From positions 32,001 through 96,000 of the forward strand of contig JBBTCT010000015.1 in assembly GCA_038060895.1 (NCBI GenBank): a stretch of 64,000 nt of DNA. Reading direction: 5' to 3'. The stretch's first letter is position 1, and every line of letters begins with the position of its first letter. Below the pieces are notes generated by a model. The model saw nothing but the letters and a program-made list of their open reading frames with translations. It was not told where the DNA came from and did no database searches. The position numbers and the translations under genes are program-made. The stretch is from Planctomycetota bacterium (lineage in GTDB: Bacteria > Planctomycetota > MHYJ01 > WSZJ01). This document shows positions 54,256-64,000 of the stretch, piece by piece.

Positions 54256-54415
54256 GAAAGGACTAATTTCTAATATCTAATATGTAATACATAATATCGA
54301 ATGCGCAGGGCGCGCGCACCGAGCGGTGAGTGAATTCCGGGACACTGCGCCCCATCAGGAAGTCGTTCATTAGAAATTGGATATTAGATATTCGATATTC
54401 ATCATTAAGCCTTTC
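54256..54415. repeat. AT-rich fold-back heptamer array (CTAATAT/ATATTAG)
   Basis: CTAATTTCTAATATCTAATATGTAATACATAATATCGAAT ... ATTAGAAATTGGATATTAGATATTCGATATT, bounded by GAAAGG/CCTTTC. Confidence 0.8.
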
Positions 54416-54551
54416 TTCCCGCTACTGCGTGCCTCTCCGTTCGTTTACAATTCTTATGAACCTTAGGCACCACAAGGTCCGATAACAAACACAGGGGGTC
54501 CGGCGAACGGCACAGCCGTCACGTGGCAAAGGGGAGAAGGAGAGGCTCATC

Positions 54552-55850
54552 ATGATCCGCATGGAACCCAACGTCGTCCTTCGCTTCTCGGCCCTGCTCG
54601 ACGAGTTCATCAAGATCCGCTCGTTCAGCGCCGCCGAAATCAGCGAACTCCTGCACTTTGCCCGCGTCCCGGACAAGAACGCCTACCGCGGACTCGTCGT
54701 CAACGCCTGCGTCATCGCGTATCCCGAACTCGCGGACGCCGCTTCACGCAGGATCCCCGCCGGCCGGCGGGCGATCGACGAGGAGTTTTACCGGCTGTGC
54801 GTCGAAGTGAATCCTGCGCTCGACATCACGCAGGTCGTTCTCCCCGCGGCGTCGGAGCCGAAGTCCCAGCTGCACCTGCTCAACGCGCCGCAGCCGGAGC
54901 CCGCGCAGGAGATGGCGAAAGTGGCGCGGCTCGAAGAGCGGCTTGCGGAGCGCGTCATCGGCCAGTCGGACGCGGTGCACGCGGTCGCGCAGGTCGTGCG
55001 TCGTGCGGCGGCCGGGCTGCGCGACACGTCGCGGCCGATGGGGACGTTCTTCTTCATCGGGCAGACGGGCGTGGGGAAGACCGAGCTCGCGAAGGCGCTC
55101 ACGGACACGGTATTCGACGACCGCTCGCGCATGGTCCGCATCGATTGCAGCGAATACGCCCTGCCGCACGAGTACGCCAAGCTGATCGGCGCGCCTCCCG
55201 GGTACATCGGCCACAACGAGGGCGGATTCCTCACCGAGGAGATGAAAAAGAAGGGCAAGGCCGTCGTGCTCTTCGACGAAATCGAAAAGGCCGACCAGAA
55301 AGTACACAACCTCCTGCTGCAGCTGTTCGACGAGGGCTTCATCACCGACTCCCACGGCGCGCGCATCTCGTTCGCCGACGCCATCGTCATCCTGACCTCG
55401 AACGTCGGCGTCGAGGAAGTCCGCGAGGCCCGCGAACGGATCGGCTTCGACCGCTCGAAGCGCGCTGGCCTCGACCGCGAGGCGCTGTTCGGCTGCACCG
55501 TGGACGCCCTGAAGAAAGAGTTCCGTCCCGAATTCCTCAATCGCATCGACGAGGTCGTGCTCTTCAATCCGCTCGGGCTTGACGACTGCGTGCGCATCGT
55601 CGAGAAGTTCCTCGGCGAGGTCGTCCACCACGCGACGCGCGCCGACCTGCGCCTCACCTGGACGTCGCCCGTGCCGAGGTTTCTCGCGGAAGCAGGCTTC
55701 AGCCCGGAGTACGGCGCTCGCGAACTGAGGCGGACCGTGACCGACCTCGTGGAAAACCCTCTGGCAGACGGGATCCTGGAAGGTGAGTTCCACCGCGGGG
55801 ACGAAGTGCAGATGGTGGTGAAGCGCGGAGGGATCGCCTTCAGAAATTGA
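54552..55850 (+). CDS. Clp/Hsp100-type ATPase with a single D2-like AAA+ module
   Basis: RVIGQ, GQTGVGKTE, LIGAPPGYIG, VLFDEIEKA, TSNVG, IGF, FRPEFLNRID, YGARELRR. Confidence 0.9.
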   Translation: MIRMEPNVVLRFSALLDEFIKIRSFSAAEISELLHFARVPDKNAYRGLVVNACVIAYPELADAASRRIPAGRRAIDEEFYRLCVEVNPALDITQVVLPAASEPKSQLHLLNAPQPEPAQEMAKVARLEERLAERVIGQSDAVHAVAQVVRRAAAGLRDTSRPMGTFFFIGQTGVGKTELAKALTDTVFDDRSRMVRIDCSEYALPHEYAKLIGAPPGYIGHNEGGFLTEEMKKKGKAVVLFDEIEKADQKVHNLLLQLFDEGFITDSHGARISFADAIVILTSNVGVEEVREARERIGFDRSKRAGLDREALFGCTVDALKKEFRPEFLNRIDEVVLFNPLGLDDCVRIVEKFLGEVVHHATRADLRLTWTSPVPRFLAEAGFSPEYGARELRRTVTDLVENPLADGILEGEFHRGDEVQMVVKRGGIAFRN

Positions 55851-55925
55851 CGGGGTTGTTAGGGGTTGGGAGTTCCGGAAGTTGAGTTCCGGGTTCCGCG
55901 TTCCGGGTTCCGCGTGGGGTTGGGG
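55851..55925. repeat. Tandem GTTCCG(G/C) and GGGGTT repeats between convergent genes
   Basis: GAGTTCCGGAAGTTGAGTTCCGGGTTCCGCGTTCCGGGTTCCGCGTGGGGTTGGGG. Confidence 0.65.
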
Positions 55926-56426
55926 TCAGGTGTGGCGAGTCTTGCGCCGAACCGCGGTCGGGGGAGTGAGGCGCTTCGCCAGGAAGATCGCCCCTTCGAG
56001 CGGATTGTGGCAGTAGGGCGCCGTCTTCTTGAACCCCAGCGTTCGGTAGATGCCGAGAGCCGTTTCCAGTCTCGACACCGAATCCAGCTTCATCGTGCGG
56101 TACCCGAGCTTCCGTCCCCGCTCGACGATCGCCTCCGCCAGCGCGCGGCCGATTCCCAGGCCCCGGAAGCGCGGGCGCACGAACATCCTCTTCATTTCGC
56201 ACGCGCCGCGGCCGAGGCTTCGCAGTGCCACGCAACCGGCCGCGCTGTTGCCATGGCGGGCGAGGAGGAGCGCGCCGCCGGGAGGTCCGTAGCGGCCCGG
56301 AAGGCCGGCGAGCTCTTCCTCGAACGACTGGAAGCACAGGTCAACGCCCAGAAACGCCTGGTATTCGCGAAAGAGACGGCGAATGGTCGACAGGTCCGGG
56401 CCCCTGGTGACGTTGACGATTCCCAT
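55926..56426 (-). CDS. GNAT family N-acetyltransferase
   Basis: DLCFQSFEEELAGLPGRY, CEMKRMFV..FRGLGIG, A..IY..LGF. Confidence 0.92.
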   Translation of the reverse strand: MGIVNVTRGPDLSTIRRLFREYQAFLGVDLCFQSFEEELAGLPGRYGPPGGALLLARHGNSAAGCVALRSLGRGACEMKRMFVRPRFRGLGIGRALAEAIVERGRKLGYRTMKLDSVSRLETALGIYRTLGFKKTAPYCHNPLEGAIFLAKRLTPPTAVRRKTRHT

Positions 56427-56512
56427 GTCGGGAGATTACCAACTTCGGCGGGATGGCCGGAAATCCCGCAATAATGCGGGGTCGGCGGAGTTTCCTTCTC
56501 AAAGGAGCCTTC

Positions 56513-57475
56513 ATGCGAAACACCTGTCTCTCCCTGGTCCTCCTCGCCGGAATTTCCTGCCCGGGACTTGCGGAAGAGGCCGGGACGCGCAGCGGCATCG
56601 CCTGGTACGGAACCTGGGAGCGCGGTCTCCGCGTCGCGAAATCCACGGGCCGCCCGATCCTGCTCATCTCCGCCGCGCCGCAGTGCCACGGCATCTCGGG
56701 GCTGTGGTGACCCGGAAAGCAGAAGATGGACGGGAGTTTCCTGTCCATGCCGGCAGTGATCGAAGCCTCGAAGGAGTTCGTCTGCATCCGGCTCGCGACG
56801 TACGAAAGCAAGGAAGAAGCGGAAGTCATCAAGTCGTACTTCATCGGCGCTTCAGGCGAGCTTGAAAACACCGTCTTTGCCCTGCTGGCGCCCGACGGAA
56901 CGAAGATCGGTCGCGCCGCCCGTTCTCCCTCGGCGGTGTACGCCGACGCCGCGCAACTGGCGGACGCCATGAATCAGGTTGCGGCGAAATACGAAGCGCG
57001 CAAGGACGGCAAGTGGGAGCTGCCGGTGATGAAGAACCTGCGGCTCGCAATCGACGTCGCGGCCTGCGACGGGCTCGCCGTCGTCGTGACCCTGGCGGCG
57101 GACAAGCAGGGCGCGGCCGCGCTGGAAGCGACGCTCGCTCCCGTGGCATGGAAAGAGCCGGTTGCGGGGAAATTCATTTACGCGACGGTCACGGAGCCGA
57201 AGGAGCTGGATGTCCTGAAGGGCGTGACGAAAAAGAGCGGCTTCCTCGTGATCGCGCCCGACACCTACGGGCTGGCAGGGAAGGTGCTGCTGGAGATCGA
57301 CCCGAAGTCAGCGCCGAAGGACCTTGAAGTGAGCCTTCAAAAGGGCGCATCGCTTCACAAACCCGTGGAAAAGGACCCCGCCGCGCACATCCGGGAAGGG
57401 CGTCGCCTGGGAATCGACTGGAAAACCGAGATTCCTGACACCGATCCTGGCCCGGGAGGAAAGGGCCCTCGCTGA
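56513..57475 (+). CDS. Putative secreted thioredoxin-like selenoprotein (in-frame UGA at 56708-56710)
   Basis: Two track ORFs lie in the same frame, separated by a single TGA: signal peptide-IAWYGTWERGLRVAKSTGRPILLISAAPQCHGISGLW-U-PGKQKMDGSFLSMPAVIEASKEFVCIRL. A hairpin follows the UGA. Confidence 0.75.
56711..56753 (+). promoter_or_regulatory. Candidate bacterial SECIS element
   Basis: ATGGACGGGA-GTT-TCCTGTCCAT (56726-56748), plus a possible lower CCGG/CCGG stem, immediately 3' of the UGA. Confidence 0.65.
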
Positions 57476-57622
57476 GAATTCCGGGAAGTGCAGGGTTGCT
57501 CGAATTCGTACACCCCGCGGGCGAGGCTGCACGCCGTCGCCGTCCTTTGTTCCGCTGAATCAGCTCCCCCATGCGGCACGGAAAATGAGGTAGGAACCCC
57601 ATCGATACAAGCGGGGGGAGCC

Positions 57623-57727
57623 ATGGAACTGCTGTTCACGTTCGTTCTCGAGCTGGTGCTCCGGTTCTTCTGGAACCGGGTCCTGGGGCTTCCGCTCCCG
57701 GAGTGGTTTCTGAATCGGAGGCGCTGA
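57623..57727 (+). CDS. Small hydrophobic peptide (34 aa)
   Basis: G-rich SD; MELLFTFVLELVLRFFW... Confidence 0.4.
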   Translation: MELLFTFVLELVLRFFWNRVLGLPLPEWFLNRRR

Positions 57728-57739
57728 GAGGAGGCAATC

Positions 57740-57928
57740 ATGTGGTGCGTCCTGCTCTGCATCCTGTTCGATTGCATCTTCTGGCTTTGCGTTGCCGGCG
57801 ACCACTCGGCAGTAGCCCGGCGACCATCGAAGGGTGAAATCTCGCCGATCTGGATTTTCGTAAGCCTGGCGGCGTGTGGGCTGTTGTTGCTTCTCTATCT
57901 CAAACCGGGCAGTAGCCTGCGGCGTTGA
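57740..57928 (+). CDS. Small membrane protein (62 aa)
   Basis: SD GAGGAGG and two hydrophobic segments. Confidence 0.45.
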   Translation: MWCVLLCILFDCIFWLCVAGDHSAVARRPSKGEISPIWIFVSLAACGLLLLLYLKPGSSLRR

Positions 57929-57971
57929 AGCGCGCTGGCTTGTCCGTTCATCGAGGGCTAGGATTGCTTTT

Positions 57972-59030
57972 GTGAAGCGCTCCCTTGTTTCGATCGGCGT
58001 GATTTGCGCCGCGCTGTTGACTTCCTGCACCACCATCAAAGCCCACCTGATGGCCCGCGCTGCGACCAATGGGCTGTATTCGATCGCGAGCTACGAGGCC
58101 CAGGTCACGGAGCGCGGCCTGCTGCGGCGCGAGCCTGGGGTGCCGGTCGTCAAGACGGTCATCTACGAGCGTCCGTGGAAAGTGCGGGCCGAGGTCGTGG
58201 CACCCGCTGAACACGCCGGAGAGCTCTTCGTGTTCGACGGCGAAACGATGTCGATCTGGTGGCCCCAGTCCCGGATCGGGTTGCGGATCCGGGGGCTGGA
58301 GATTCCAGGCCGGCGCGAAGTCGCCGGCGTGATGCTCGAGAGTTTCACCTGGGTCCTTGGCCACTACGATCTGGACGACGAGGGACCGGGCCATCGCGCG
58401 GGGCGCGACGTCGAGCATTGGCGGTGCGATCCGATTGCCGAAGCGCCGCTCATCAAGCCGTACGACGCGTGGCTGGACGTCGAGAATCTGATGCCGCTTC
58501 AGGTCTCGATCAAGAACGCGCAGGGTGGCGAGTGGTACGGCATGGAGTTCGACTCGATTGACCTGGGCGCCGTGATTCCGCCGGGCGCGTTCCGGTTTGA
58601 GTTCCCCGAAGACGCGATGGTTTTCGACTGCGACCTGGGCAGTCCGGGCGTGACGATCGCCGAGGCGCAGGAGCTCGTGACGTTCCCGATCCTGCAGCCT
58701 GCGGAGTTGCCTGAAGGGCATTCGGTGCACAAGGTCATCCTGGGGGGAGACCTGGAAGCGGCGCCGATCGTGGCGCTGCTGATGCCCAAGGGCGCGCGCT
58801 GGCTGTCCCTGAGCGAAATGCTGAACCGGGGGCCGGCCAACCTTCCGGCGGTCGGAATACCTGTTCCGATCGGCGACGGGGAAGGGGTCCTGAATTTCGC
58901 GTTCGGCTTTACTATTCTCAGCTGGCCTGTGGAAAACACTTCCCTGACGCTGATCGGCAACCTGCCGTATCCCGAGATGATCGCAATCGCCGCTTCGGTC
59001 CCTCCCGTATCATCCGGACCTGCGAAGTGA
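57972..59030 (+). CDS. LolA-like lipoprotein-sorting family lipoprotein
   Basis: Lipobox LTSC; P.KVRAE, FVFDGE, WLD..MPL, IPPGAFRFEFP; second domain AQELVTFPILQP. Confidence 0.75.
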   Translation: MKRSLVSIGVICAALLTSCTTIKAHLMARAATNGLYSIASYEAQVTERGLLRREPGVPVVKTVIYERPWKVRAEVVAPAEHAGELFVFDGETMSIWWPQSRIGLRIRGLEIPGRREVAGVMLESFTWVLGHYDLDDEGPGHRAGRDVEHWRCDPIAEAPLIKPYDAWLDVENLMPLQVSIKNAQGGEWYGMEFDSIDLGAVIPPGAFRFEFPEDAMVFDCDLGSPGVTIAEAQELVTFPILQPAELPEGHSVHKVILGGDLEAAPIVALLMPKGARWLSLSEMLNRGPANLPAVGIPVPIGDGEGVLNFAFGFTILSWPVENTSLTLIGNLPYPEMIAIAASVPPVSSGPAK

Positions 59031-59061
59031 ATCGCGAACTTCTGGACATCGGAGTCGTCGC

Positions 59062-60999
59062 ATGAGCCCGTCGCTGCAGGCAGCCCCTTTCGGTTCGTGG
59101 ACTTCCCCGATCACAACGGCCCTGATCACAGGTGAGACCATCGGGCTCGGCCAGCCTTCCTTTCATGCCGGCGAGATCTTCTGGACCGAGTCTCGCCCGA
59201 ACGAAGGCGGCCGCACTGCCCTGGTTCGCCGCGCTGGAGACCTGACGCCTCTTCCATTCAACGTCAGGACGCGCGTGAACGAATACGGCGGCGGCGCTTA
59301 CCTCGCCGGATCCGATGCCGTCTGGTTCTCGAACGACGTCGACAAACGCGTCTACTCGATCGACCGCGGTCAGACCCCGAGGCCCCTCACGCCCGCCGGA
59401 AAAATGCGCTTCGCCGATTTCGAGTTCGACGCACTCCGCGGGCGGCTGATCTGCGTCCGCGAAGACCACAACGTCACCGGAACGCAGGCCGAAACGACGC
59501 TTGCCGCGATTTCGCTCGACCGGGAATCCGAGGGAACCGTTCTTGTCCGTGGGAGCGACTTCTACTCATCTCCCAGGCTCAGCCCGGACGGGTCGCAGCT
59601 CGCGTGGCTTTCCTGGAATCATCCGAACATGCCGTGGGACGGGACCGAACTCCGTGTAGCGCAAATCCGCCCGGACGGTTCCCTCGGCGAAGCGCGTCTC
59701 GTCGCCGGCGGCGCCGAGGAATCGATCTTCCAGCCGGAGTGGTCCCCCGACGGCGTCCTGCACTTCGTGTCCGATCGCACGGGCTTCTGGAACATCTGCC
59801 GCGAGCGAAATGGCCGCGTGGAGCCGCTGACCGAACGCAAAGCCGAATTCGGGCGCCCGCAGTGGAACTTCGGCACTTCGACCTATGGATTCGATTCCGC
59901 GAAACGCATCGTGTGCCTCTTCTGCGAAGGCGGAGCCTGGCACCTGGCCCTCCTGGAGACGGAGACCGGGCGCCTCGATGAAGTCTCGGTTCCTTACACG
60001 GAAATGAGAGCGCTTCGAACCTCGCCCGGCCGCGCCCTGTTCCTCGCGGGTTCTCCGACCGAACCGGAAGCGCTGGTTCTGCTCGACCTGGCATCGCGGA
60101 AGACCGAGGTGATCCGCCGCTCGAGCGCGGCGGTGGTTGACCCCGCTTATCTGTCGCCCGCGGTGCCGATCGAATTCCCGACCGCGCGCGGCCTGTCGGC
60201 GCACGCCCTCTACTACGCGCCCCGAAACCGAGATTTCGCCGCGCCGGCAGGACAGCTGCCGCCGCTTCTCGTCGCCTGCCACGGTGGGCCGACGAGCGCC
60301 GCCACCAGCGAACTCGATCTCGAGACGCAGTTCTGGACCAGCCGCGGTTGCGCCGTCGTGGACGTGAACTACGGCGGGAGCACCGGCTACGGCCGCGCCT
60401 ACCGCGAGCGCCTGAACGGACAGTGGGGGATCGTGGACTTGGAGGACTGCGAAGCGGCGGCGCGCCATCTCGTTAAGCGCGGGCTTGCCGACCCGAAGCG
60501 CATCGCGATTCGCGGCGGAAGCGCCGGCGGCTACACGACGCTGCGCGCGCTGACGCGAAGCCGCGTCTTCAGCGCGGGAGCGAGCTACTACGGCATCGGG
60601 GACCTGGAAGTGCTCGCGGACGACTTTGGGCACAAGTTCGAGTGGAAGTACAGCGTGCGGCTCGTAGGTCCGTGGCCCGAGGCTCGCGAACTCTATCGCG
60701 ATCGCTCACCGGTGTGGGAGGCGGACCGGATCACAGCGCCCGTGATTTTCCTGCAGGGACTCGACGACGTCGTCTGCCCTCCGCGCCAGACGGAGATGAT
60801 GGTCGATGCTCTTCGGAAGCGTGGCGCGCCGTTCGCCTACCTCGCATTCGAGAGGGAGGGGCACGGCTTCCGCCGCGCGGAGACGATCGCGCGCGCCCTG
60901 GAGGCCGAGCTTTCGTTTTACTCCCGCGTGTTCGGGTTCGAGCCCGCGGGGGGCGCCGCGCCGATCCCTTTTGAGGGCAGCCTGCCGCGTCCCGAATGA
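59062..60999 (+). CDS. S9 family peptidase
   Basis: APFGSWTSPI, W.HPNMPW, HGGPT, NYGGSTGYG, GGSAGG, EGHGFR. Confidence 0.94.
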   Translation: MSPSLQAAPFGSWTSPITTALITGETIGLGQPSFHAGEIFWTESRPNEGGRTALVRRAGDLTPLPFNVRTRVNEYGGGAYLAGSDAVWFSNDVDKRVYSIDRGQTPRPLTPAGKMRFADFEFDALRGRLICVREDHNVTGTQAETTLAAISLDRESEGTVLVRGSDFYSSPRLSPDGSQLAWLSWNHPNMPWDGTELRVAQIRPDGSLGEARLVAGGAEESIFQPEWSPDGVLHFVSDRTGFWNICRERNGRVEPLTERKAEFGRPQWNFGTSTYGFDSAKRIVCLFCEGGAWHLALLETETGRLDEVSVPYTEMRALRTSPGRALFLAGSPTEPEALVLLDLASRKTEVIRRSSAAVVDPAYLSPAVPIEFPTARGLSAHALYYAPRNRDFAAPAGQLPPLLVACHGGPTSAATSELDLETQFWTSRGCAVVDVNYGGSTGYGRAYRERLNGQWGIVDLEDCEAAARHLVKRGLADPKRIAIRGGSAGGYTTLRALTRSRVFSAGASYYGIGDLEVLADDFGHKFEWKYSVRLVGPWPEARELYRDRSPVWEADRITAPVIFLQGLDDVVCPPRQTEMMVDALRKRGAPFAYLAFEREGHGFRRAETIARALEAELSFYSRVFGFEPAGGAAPIPFEGSLPRPE

Positions 61000-61041
61000 C
61001 GTTGACCTGCGGCCGGACCGCATGGTGTCGTTTTGGAACTC

Positions 61042-61317
61042 ATGCGACTCTTCGGCCCCAAACGCATCTCCTGCCCCGGCGGCCAGTGGACGACGGTCCT
61101 GAAGACGTCTTTCGCGCAGATGCCGAAATCGTGGTCCGTGCACTTCGAAGGAGAGCCACGGGGGGAGTTCGAGGAAAAGAAGTCGGCGTGGATTTTCCCG
61201 GGGACTCCGAAGCGGGGGCCGCTCTCGCCGGAAATGACCTTCTACCGCGGATACTGGAATACGTTCTTCATCGTCCGTGTGTGCCCGGCAGCGGATATCG
61301 TGGCCGTCGTCGATTGA
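61042..61317 (+). CDS. Hypothetical protein
   Basis: 91-aa ORF filling the gap between co-oriented genes. Confidence 0.55.
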   Translation: MRLFGPKRISCPGGQWTTVLKTSFAQMPKSWSVHFEGEPRGEFEEKKSAWIFPGTPKRGPLSPEMTFYRGYWNTFFIVRVCPAADIVAVVD

Positions 61318-61330
61318 AGGGAGGCACGGC

Positions 61331-62611
61331 ATGAAGATCGCGTGGTCGCTCGTCGCCGTTCTCGCCGTTGCCGTGCAGGCAGGCCCGCAGCCGCCGGAAA
61401 TCGACTACGTCGACGAGCAGGATGACGCCAAGGCGGCGCTGATGCTCGAAAAGCTCCTGAAGAAGCCGCTGACGGCGAAAGACGCCGCGCGCATCGCCGA
61501 CACGATCGCAAAGAAACGCCTCTATGCGACGGGGCTCAAGGACACGCAGACGCTGAAGTTCGAATGCCCCGACGGGGTGTCCCGCGAGTTCACGTACTAC
61601 CTCCCGAAGAAGTACGCCCCGAACAAGGCCGTGCCCGTCGTCGTGTGGCTGCACGGCGCCATCAGCCAGCCCCCGCCGGGAGGAGGGCACCACGAGTCGA
61701 AAACGTTCGGCGCGGCCGTCGAGGAACTCGGCCCGATCATGGTGGGCCCCTCGACCCACAGCAAAGTCGAGTGGGGCGAACCCGCGAACCGCGCGCTTTT
61801 GCGCCACGCGGTCGAGTACGTGAAGCGCAACTTCCGCGTCGACGACGACCGCGTCTACCTCGCCGGGGATTCCGATGGCGGCCGCGGCACGTACGCCATC
61901 CTCGAGACGCTCGCGGGGACGTTCGCCTGCGCGATCCCCGTCATCGGATCGCCCGGCGGCGTCACGCGCTTCAATAACTTGCGCAATCTCTCCCTCCTCG
62001 CCATCAACGGCGAGAAAGACGGACTGTTTACCATCGCCGAAGTCCGCAAGGACGTCGAAGGCATGAAGGCCTCCGGCATCGACATCACGTTCGTCGAGAT
62101 GGCGGGGAAGGGGCACGACCCGAGCCTCTTCATCCAGAAGGGCGACGCCGTGCGCAAGTTCATCCTCGCGCATACGCGAGATCCCTTCCCGAAGACCGTG
62201 CACTGGTGCGTGGACAAGACGGAGGGGGAAACCGCGCTGAAGTTCCCGGCGAACACGTTCCGGTGGATCCGGATCGAGGAGGCGGGGGAGGCAAAGAGCC
62301 AGCATGCGTTCGAGGATGCGTCGAAGGGGCTGCTGCGGGCCGACCTGCCGCGGATCGAGGCGGTGCGGGACGGGAACAAGATCGTCGTGCGCACGAGCGG
62401 GGTCACGAAGTACACGGTGCTGCTCGCGCCGGGGATGGTCGATTTCGCGAAGCCGGTCGTGATCGAGACGAACGGGAAGCCGTCGTTCGAGGGAACGGTC
62501 GTTGCTGACGCGCGGACGGTGCTTGAAGAAGCGCGGCAGTTTCGAGATGGGAAGCTCGTTTTCCAGGCGCGCGTCACGGTTGAAGTCGACGCTTTGCCCC
62601 GGGACAAGTAG
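61331..62611 (+). CDS. Secreted alpha/beta hydrolase (esterase-like)
   Basis: Signal peptide; WLHG, DDRVYLAGDSDGG, GEKD, GKGHD. Confidence 0.8.
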   Translation: MKIAWSLVAVLAVAVQAGPQPPEIDYVDEQDDAKAALMLEKLLKKPLTAKDAARIADTIAKKRLYATGLKDTQTLKFECPDGVSREFTYYLPKKYAPNKAVPVVVWLHGAISQPPPGGGHHESKTFGAAVEELGPIMVGPSTHSKVEWGEPANRALLRHAVEYVKRNFRVDDDRVYLAGDSDGGRGTYAILETLAGTFACAIPVIGSPGGVTRFNNLRNLSLLAINGEKDGLFTIAEVRKDVEGMKASGIDITFVEMAGKGHDPSLFIQKGDAVRKFILAHTRDPFPKTVHWCVDKTEGETALKFPANTFRWIRIEEAGEAKSQHAFEDASKGLLRADLPRIEAVRDGNKIVVRTSGVTKYTVLLAPGMVDFAKPVVIETNGKPSFEGTVVADARTVLEEARQFRDGKLVFQARVTVEVDALPRDK

Positions 62612-63939
62612 TGCGCCGCTTCTTCAATCTCCCGAACGTAATCCTGCTGTCACTGGCGCTTGGGGTCCTGTTCGGGTGGATCGCCGGAAGCGCCGGGCTC
62701 CTCAAGGCGGGATTTCTTCTGGAGCTTCTTAAGCTCGGCGGCGACTTGTTCAAGAGCCTGATCTTCATGGTCATCGTGCCGCTGGTTTTCGTTTCGCTCA
62801 TCTGCGGGATGATGTCGATCGGCGACCTGCGAAAGCTCGGACGGGTGGCGGGCCGCACGCTGGTTCTCTACTTCATCACGGCTGCGCTCGCGTGCATCGT
62901 CGCGATCTTTCTGGTCAATGCGATCAAGCCCGGGCATGCGATCGCGAAGGAGACCCGCGACCGCATCGCGAAGGAGCACGAGGCGAAGCAGAAAGAGATC
63001 GTCGGCAAGATCAAGACCACAGAACACACGCCCTGGACATTCATCCGGGGGATCGTTCCGAACAACGTCTTCTCCGTGATGACCAGCAACTCGCAGATGC
63101 TCCCGGTGATCTTCTTCGCGCTTCTCTTCGGCCTGTGTGCGGCCATGATCGATTCGAAGCGCCGCGAGCACCTGGCGTACACGTTCGAGTCGCTGAGCCT
63201 CGTGATGGTGCGCATGATCCAGGCCGTGATGTTCACGGCGCCCGTGGGCGTTTTCTGCCTGATTGCCGTCGCGACGGCCTCGATCGGCATCGAGGTCGTG
63301 AAGGCCATGGCGCTTTACTGCGTCGTCGTGGTGCTCGCGCTGTCCATCCAGTTCTTCGTCGTGTACGGCGGGGTCATCCGGCTGCTGACGCGGCTTCGCT
63401 TCACCGACTTCGTCCGCGCCTGCCGCCCCGCGCTCGTCACCGCGTTCTCGACGTCCTCCAGCGCCGCTTCGCTCCCGGTCAACATGGAGTGCGTGAACAA
63501 GCGGCTCAACGTCTCGACGAGCGTGACGAGCTTCGTCCTGCCGATCGGGACGACGGTGAACATGGACGGCACGGCGATCATGCAGACGGTCGCGACGGTC
63601 TTCATCGCGCAGCTTTACGCAATTGATCTGACCGTCACGCAGCAGATCGGTGTCATTCTGACCGCGATGCTCGCAGCCGTCGGCACCGCCCCCGTTCCCG
63701 CCGCCGGCATCGCGATGCTCGTCATCATTCTCGAGCCTCTCGGCATCCCTCTGACGGGCATCGCCCTCATCTGGGCCGTCGACCGCCCTCTCGACATGTT
63801 GCGCACAGTCGTCAACGTCGTCGGGGACGGAGTCGCGGCGGCGGCGGTGGGGACGATGGAGGGGGAGGATGTGAAGTACGTGCCTGAAGAGGCCGCAGTC
63901 GGTTTTCAACTTCCTACCGGAGATTCCCAATACCCGTAG
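62611..63939 (+). CDS. Dicarboxylate/amino acid:cation symporter (GltP family)
   Basis: AFSTSSSAASLP, LPIGTTVNMDGT, DRPLDMLRTVVNVVGD. Confidence 0.95.
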   Translation: MRRFFNLPNVILLSLALGVLFGWIAGSAGLLKAGFLLELLKLGGDLFKSLIFMVIVPLVFVSLICGMMSIGDLRKLGRVAGRTLVLYFITAALACIVAIFLVNAIKPGHAIAKETRDRIAKEHEAKQKEIVGKIKTTEHTPWTFIRGIVPNNVFSVMTSNSQMLPVIFFALLFGLCAAMIDSKRREHLAYTFESLSLVMVRMIQAVMFTAPVGVFCLIAVATASIGIEVVKAMALYCVVVVLALSIQFFVVYGGVIRLLTRLRFTDFVRACRPALVTAFSTSSSAASLPVNMECVNKRLNVSTSVTSFVLPIGTTVNMDGTAIMQTVATVFIAQLYAIDLTVTQQIGVILTAMLAAVGTAPVPAAGIAMLVIILEPLGIPLTGIALIWAVDRPLDMLRTVVNVVGDGVAAAAVGTMEGEDVKYVPEEAAVGFQLPTGDSQYP

Positions 63940-64000
63940 CTGGAGAGGCCAATCGCCATGCGAAAACAAGCGGGCGTGTCAGGTCGGCACACAGGTCTAT

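Noticed and set aside
54459-54485. sigma28 (FliA) promoter from CCGATAA
   Set aside because: There is no TAAA -35 element at the required spacing.

Overview
This is a GC-rich bacterial chromosomal segment, most consistent with Planctomycetota (FHA-GAF-sigma54 activator, Ser/Thr kinases, ECF/anti-sigma pair, stand-alone SWIB protein, ribH-nusB-ftsY). It holds about 60 genes. These include the housekeeping block rny-ymdB-xseA-xseB-ispA ... dxs-nadK, which is split by about 17 kb of mixed accessory genes, plus gdhA, a stand-alone EF-G, UvrD, RsgA, peptidases and transporters. I saw no rRNA, tRNA, CRISPR array, transposase or integrase. The most striking signals are ones the ORF track misses. (1) A small SEC-C gene (17079-17327, minus) reads as a coherent protein only through three successive +1 shifts, each at a Phe UUU-C site; it lies beside a barstar gene and a MazF-type TA pair. 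(2) A probable secreted thioredoxin-like selenoprotein has an in-frame UGA followed by a SECIS-like hairpin (56513-57475). (3) An AAA_14/DUF4143-type ATPase gene is bracketed exactly by two copies of a Fur-box-like palindrome. (4) Several intergenic fold-back elements are built from 6-7-mer tandem repeats. (5) A KimA-like transporter appears to start at CUG, and many genes look leaderless. All family assignments come from motif recognition by eye, not from database searches.
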